From the NCBI GenBank assembly GCA_035285125.1, contig JAYKHR010000007.1, forward strand, positions 1 through 48,138: a stretch of 48,138 nucleotides of DNA, written 5' to 3'. Of this stretch, positions 45,054 to 48,138 are shown piece by piece. Position 1 is the first letter of the stretch, and each line of letters begins with the position of its first letter. Source of the DNA: Candidatus Sericytochromatia bacterium. GTDB taxonomy: Bacteria; Cyanobacteriota; Sericytochromatia; S15B-MN24; JAQBPE01. The notes beneath the pieces were generated by a model. It saw nothing but the letters and a program-made list of their open reading frames with translations. It made no database searches and was not told the origin of the DNA. A program made the position numbers and the translations under genes.

Positions 45054-46271
45054 GTGACGGATGAGAGGCGGCCGACCTTGACGAAGAGGCTTGAGCGGGG
45101 GACGCGGTGGGCCCTGGTGGGCGCGACGATGCTGCTCGCGGCCTGCGGCACCGCCCGCGGCCCGCAGCTGGCGCCGCCAGTCTCCGTCGATGGCGTCGAC
45201 GCCCTCGCGGTGGGCTCGGGCGTTGCCATCGCCTTCAACGACGCGTATAGGGAGCGCATCGACCTCAACGAGCCGCGCGCCCGCAAGAACCCCAAGAACA
45301 CGGACAAGGCCCTGCTGCGGCTCATCAAGACCTCCCGCACGAGCATCTCGGGTGCGTTCTACGACATCGAGGACCTTGGCGTGACGGAGGCGCTGGTGGC
45401 GGCCTGCCGGCGGGGGGTGAAGGTCCGCCTCGTGACGGACACCGACAACATGGTCGAGAAGCACGACCCGGCCAAGCCCCGCGAGGCGATCCAGCTGCTG
45501 GGCGCCAGCGGCGTGCGGGTGGTGGACGATCGGCGCTCGGGCATCATGCACCACAAGTTCATGGTCGTGGACGGCCAGACGCTGTGGACGGGCTCCACGA
45601 ACCTCACGCCCACGAGCCTCTACCGCCACAACAACAACGCGCTGACGATCCGGAACCGGCGCCTCGCCCACGCCTTCGAGGACGAGTTCGAGCGCCTGTT
45701 CGAGCGGCGCGAGTTCGGCAAGTCCAGCCGGGGCGAGACCCAGCCCACGGACGAGATCCCCCTCGGCAGCGGCATGACGGTGCAGGCCTTCTTCTCGCCT
45801 GGCGGCAACGGCCGCGCGGCCGTGGTCCGGGAGGTGCGGGACGCCAAGCGCTCCATCCGCTTCATGACGTTCTCGTTGACGGACGTCGAGACGGGGGATG
45901 CCCTCGTGGAGCGGGCCAAGGCCGGCGTGAAGGTCGAGGGCGTGTTCGACCGCTGGCTGGCCGCGGGCCAGTACAGCCTGTTCGACCGCTTCAAGGCCGC
46001 GAAGCTGGAGGTGCGCAAGGACGGCAACGAGGCCCTGATGCACCACAAGGTCATCGTGGTGGACAACGACACGGTGATCACCGGGTCGTACAACTACTCG
46101 CAGAACGCGGAGCACAACAACAACGAGGCCTTCCTCATCTTCCGCCACGCCCGGTCCGTGGCCGGGGCCTTCGCTGACGAGTACGAGCGGCTGCGCCAGG
46201 CCGCGATCGTCAACCGGCCGCCGCCGCACAAGGCCGACGACGCCGAGAAGAAGACGGGCGAGGGGCCCTGA
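45054..46271 (+). CDS. Phospholipase D superfamily lipoprotein (two HKD motifs)
   Basis: MHHKFMVVD..TGSTN and MHHKVIVVD..TGSYN; lipobox LAAC. Confidence 0.92.
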   Translation: MTDERRPTLTKRLERGTRWALVGATMLLAACGTARGPQLAPPVSVDGVDALAVGSGVAIAFNDAYRERIDLNEPRARKNPKNTDKALLRLIKTSRTSISGAFYDIEDLGVTEALVAACRRGVKVRLVTDTDNMVEKHDPAKPREAIQLLGASGVRVVDDRRSGIMHHKFMVVDGQTLWTGSTNLTPTSLYRHNNNALTIRNRRLAHAFEDEFERLFERREFGKSSRGETQPTDEIPLGSGMTVQAFFSPGGNGRAAVVREVRDAKRSIRFMTFSLTDVETGDALVERAKAGVKVEGVFDRWLAAGQYSLFDRFKAAKLEVRKDGNEALMHHKVIVVDNDTVITGSYNYSQNAEHNNNEAFLIFRHARSVAGAFADEYERLRQAAIVNRPPPHKADDAEKKTGEGP

Positions 46272-46287
46272 GCGCCGGCCCGCGGGC

Positions 46288-46860
46288 CTACCCGGGGAGG
46301 TTGGCCTGGGCCCCCGGCCACTCCCCCCGTAGCACGGCGTAGTAGGCCATGTCCCAGTCCCGCCCCCGGTGGTGGAGGGCCGACCGCAGCACCCCCTCGC
46401 GCTGCAGGCCAAGCTTCTCCATCACGCGCGCGCTCGCCGCGTTCTCGACCTTGCAGCGGCACTGGAGCCGCTCGACGGGGAAGGTCGCAAAGACGAGGTC
46501 CAGCACGGCGCGTGCGGCCTCGACCACCAGGCCCTGCCCCCAGAGCGGGCGGGCGAGGGCGTAGGCGAGCTCCATCGTGCGGCGGTCCCGCGTGACGGCG
46601 AAGCAGCCCACCGTGCCCACCACGCGGTCGTCGTCGCGCAGCGTCACGCCGTAGGGCTCGGGCAGGCCTTCGGTGTAGCGTGGAAACACGTACTCGCGGA
46701 GGAACGCCTCGCTGTCCGCCTCGGTGCGGTGGGGGTCCCACATCGTGTAGCGGCTCACCTCGGGGTCTCGCGCGTAGGCGAAGAGGGCGGGCGCGTCGGC
46801 GAGCGTGAGGGGACGCAGCACGAGGCGGGGGGTGGAGAGCAGGGGGAGGTCGCTGGCCAT
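46288..46860 (-). CDS. GNAT N-acetyltransferase (RimJ/RimL family)
   Basis: TPRLVLRP, WGQG, NAASARVMEKLG..EG; leaderless TGnTAACCT promoter 6 nt upstream. Confidence 0.92.
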   Translation of the reverse strand: MASDLPLLSTPRLVLRPLTLADAPALFAYARDPEVSRYTMWDPHRTEADSEAFLREYVFPRYTEGLPEPYGVTLRDDDRVVGTVGCFAVTRDRRTMELAYALARPLWGQGLVVEAARAVLDLVFATFPVERLQCRCKVENAASARVMEKLGLQREGVLRSALHHRGRDWDMAYYAVLRGEWPGAQANLPG

Positions 46861-46927
46861 GCCGCCAGGTTAGCATGCCTGCGGCCGGCCCAGCCGGCCG
46901 CAGGCCTCGGGCGGGCCTGCGGGCCGA

Positions 46928-47617
46928 TCACCAGGGCGGCGGCGTTGCGCCCACGCTCTGCGCCCGCACGTAGCCCACGGCCCCGTTCGGCGCCTCGACC
47001 CGGTACCAGGCGCCCTCGCGGCCCATGTTCGTCACGATCGTCGCGGCCGGCAGGTGCCCGACGACCTGCCCGCGGGCGTAGGCGGCGTAGAGTGTGGCCC
47101 CGCCGCGCTGCACGTGGAGGTCGCCGAGGAACATGGGGGGCGGCGGCAGCCGGGGCTCGGTGGCCTGCAGGCCCGGGGGCTGGCCCGCGCGGGCCAGCCT
47201 GCGCCCGTGTCGGTATGCGCGCCGGAGCCGCTGCGGGCGCTGTAGCCGGGACAATGTGCCGCGGCGAGCTGCCGCGCGCTGGGGCGACGCCGCCGCGGTC
47301 TTGGGGCGTGCCGCGGCGGCGGCAGGGCGCTGTGGGGGGCGGGCAGCCTTTGCGACCTTCGTACCGCGCAGCGCCTGGGCGATCGCCCGGGCCGTGCGCA
47401 GCCTCTCCAGCCGGGTTCGAACCTCCGCGCGGGCCGCGGCCGGTCGGCGCGCCTCGCGCGGCGTGAGCCGCGGTGGCGGCAGCCGTGGGGCCCGGGTGCT
47501 GGGCTTCACGGGCCACCCGGCCGTGCTGGCAGGGGCTGCCTCGGCGGGGGGCGCGGGCAGCGGTGCGAAGGCGGTGGCGAGGGCGATCGCCCAGCAGGCG
47601 ACCCAGGGACGGCGCAT
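46928..47617 (-). CDS. Secreted protein with basic linker and C-terminal SH3b-like domain
   Basis: Signal peptide; GAWYRVEAPNGAVGYV. Confidence 0.65.
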   Translation of the reverse strand: MRRPWVACWAIALATAFAPLPAPPAEAAPASTAGWPVKPSTRAPRLPPPRLTPREARRPAAARAEVRTRLERLRTARAIAQALRGTKVAKAARPPQRPAAAAARPKTAAASPQRAAARRGTLSRLQRPQRLRRAYRHGRRLARAGQPPGLQATEPRLPPPPMFLGDLHVQRGGATLYAAYARGQVVGHLPAATIVTNMGREGAWYRVEAPNGAVGYVRAQSVGATPPPW

Positions 47618-47788
47618 CAGCGTGGCGTTTCGGGAGGGGCCCTTCCGTTTTACCCTGGCGGGCAGTGGGGCGTCGGTGACCGAGGTGGGGGGGCGCAGCC
47701 GCGGCCACTGCCGGGGCAAGGCTGAAAACGCCTCCCGTACAGGCACCGAACGTGCCGTTCAGGGGCCGTCTGGCGCGATGACCGAGGG

Positions 47789-48138
47789 ATGGACCACGAC
47801 CGCCTCTTCAAGCGCCTGCTTTCCGAATTCTTCGCGGAGTTCCTGGCGCAGTTCGTGCCGGACCTCGCCCGGCAACTCGACGGCGCGGAGCTGGTGCCGC
47901 TCGACAGGGAGCTATTCGGCGACGACGAGCCCACCGCCCGCCATGAGGTGGACCTGCTGGTCCGCGCCCGCGTGCGCGCCGAGCCCGCGCACGTGCTCAT
48001 CCACGTCGAGGCCCAGGCCCAGCACCAGCCGGATTTCGCGCGGCGCATGCACCGCTACTTCGCGCGCCTGCACGAGGCCCACGACCTGCCCGTCTACCCG
48101 ATCGCGGTGGTGGCGCACGACCGCCCTCGGAGGCCCTC
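47789..48138 (+). CDS. Rpn/YhgA-like PD-(D/E)XK nuclease (putative transposase), runs off the window
   Basis: MDHDRLFKRLL..FF.EF, VDLLV, LIHVEAQ, FARRM..YF, PVYPI; absent from the ORF track because it is truncated. Confidence 0.88.
   Translation, partial: MDHDRLFKRLLSEFFAEFLAQFVPDLARQLDGAELVPLDRELFGDDEPTARHEVDLLVRARVRAEPAHVLIHVEAQAQHQPDFARRMHRYFARLHEAHDLPVYPIAVVAHDRPRRP

Noticed and set aside
42314..48138. TatD, SRAP, PLD and Rpn as an anti-phage defence system
   Set aside because: Genes have mixed orientation and separate promoters, the PLD is a lipoprotein, and no operon structure is evident
1..48138. tRNA, rRNA or riboswitch
   Set aside because: None recognised by eye; an Infernal/Rfam scan would be needed to exclude them

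Overview
High-GC bacterial chromosomal window. The lineage is uncertain; the SDxGG/SNNGG-repeat lipoproteins suggest Ca. Sericytochromatia, which is an inference from memory. Left to right: (1) end of scoA and scoB; (2) an accessory island of paralogous surface lipoproteins (three NHL beta-propeller genes, two of them frameshifted, and two ~950-990 aa tandem paralogues) that also holds an inverted-repeat-bounded REP/IS3-remnant element, a small ORF and a leaderless Phd-VapC toxin-antitoxin pair; (3) ggt, a lipoprotein with a direct-repeat operator, an L,D-transpeptidase and a C39-like peptidase lipoprotein; (4) a minus-strand exopolysaccharide locus (STAS protein, priming transferase, TolC-like protein, Wzc/GumC-like co-polymerase, Wzy/ligase, GT4, two GT2, acyltransferase) split by an oppositely oriented recQ; (5) J-domain/TPR protein, two TolB-like lipoproteins, a metalloprotease, an EboB/TatD-like protein lacking most metal ligands, SRAP, phospholipase D, GNAT, an SH3 protein and a truncated Rpn nuclease. 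The most striking observation is that the polysaccharide co-polymerase carries a degenerate SigB/SigF-type sigma-factor region 2-3 at its N-terminus, in an operon headed by a STAS anti-anti-sigma gene, and SigB/SigF-like GGGTA promoter motifs recur across the window. All family assignments are by eye; no searches were run.
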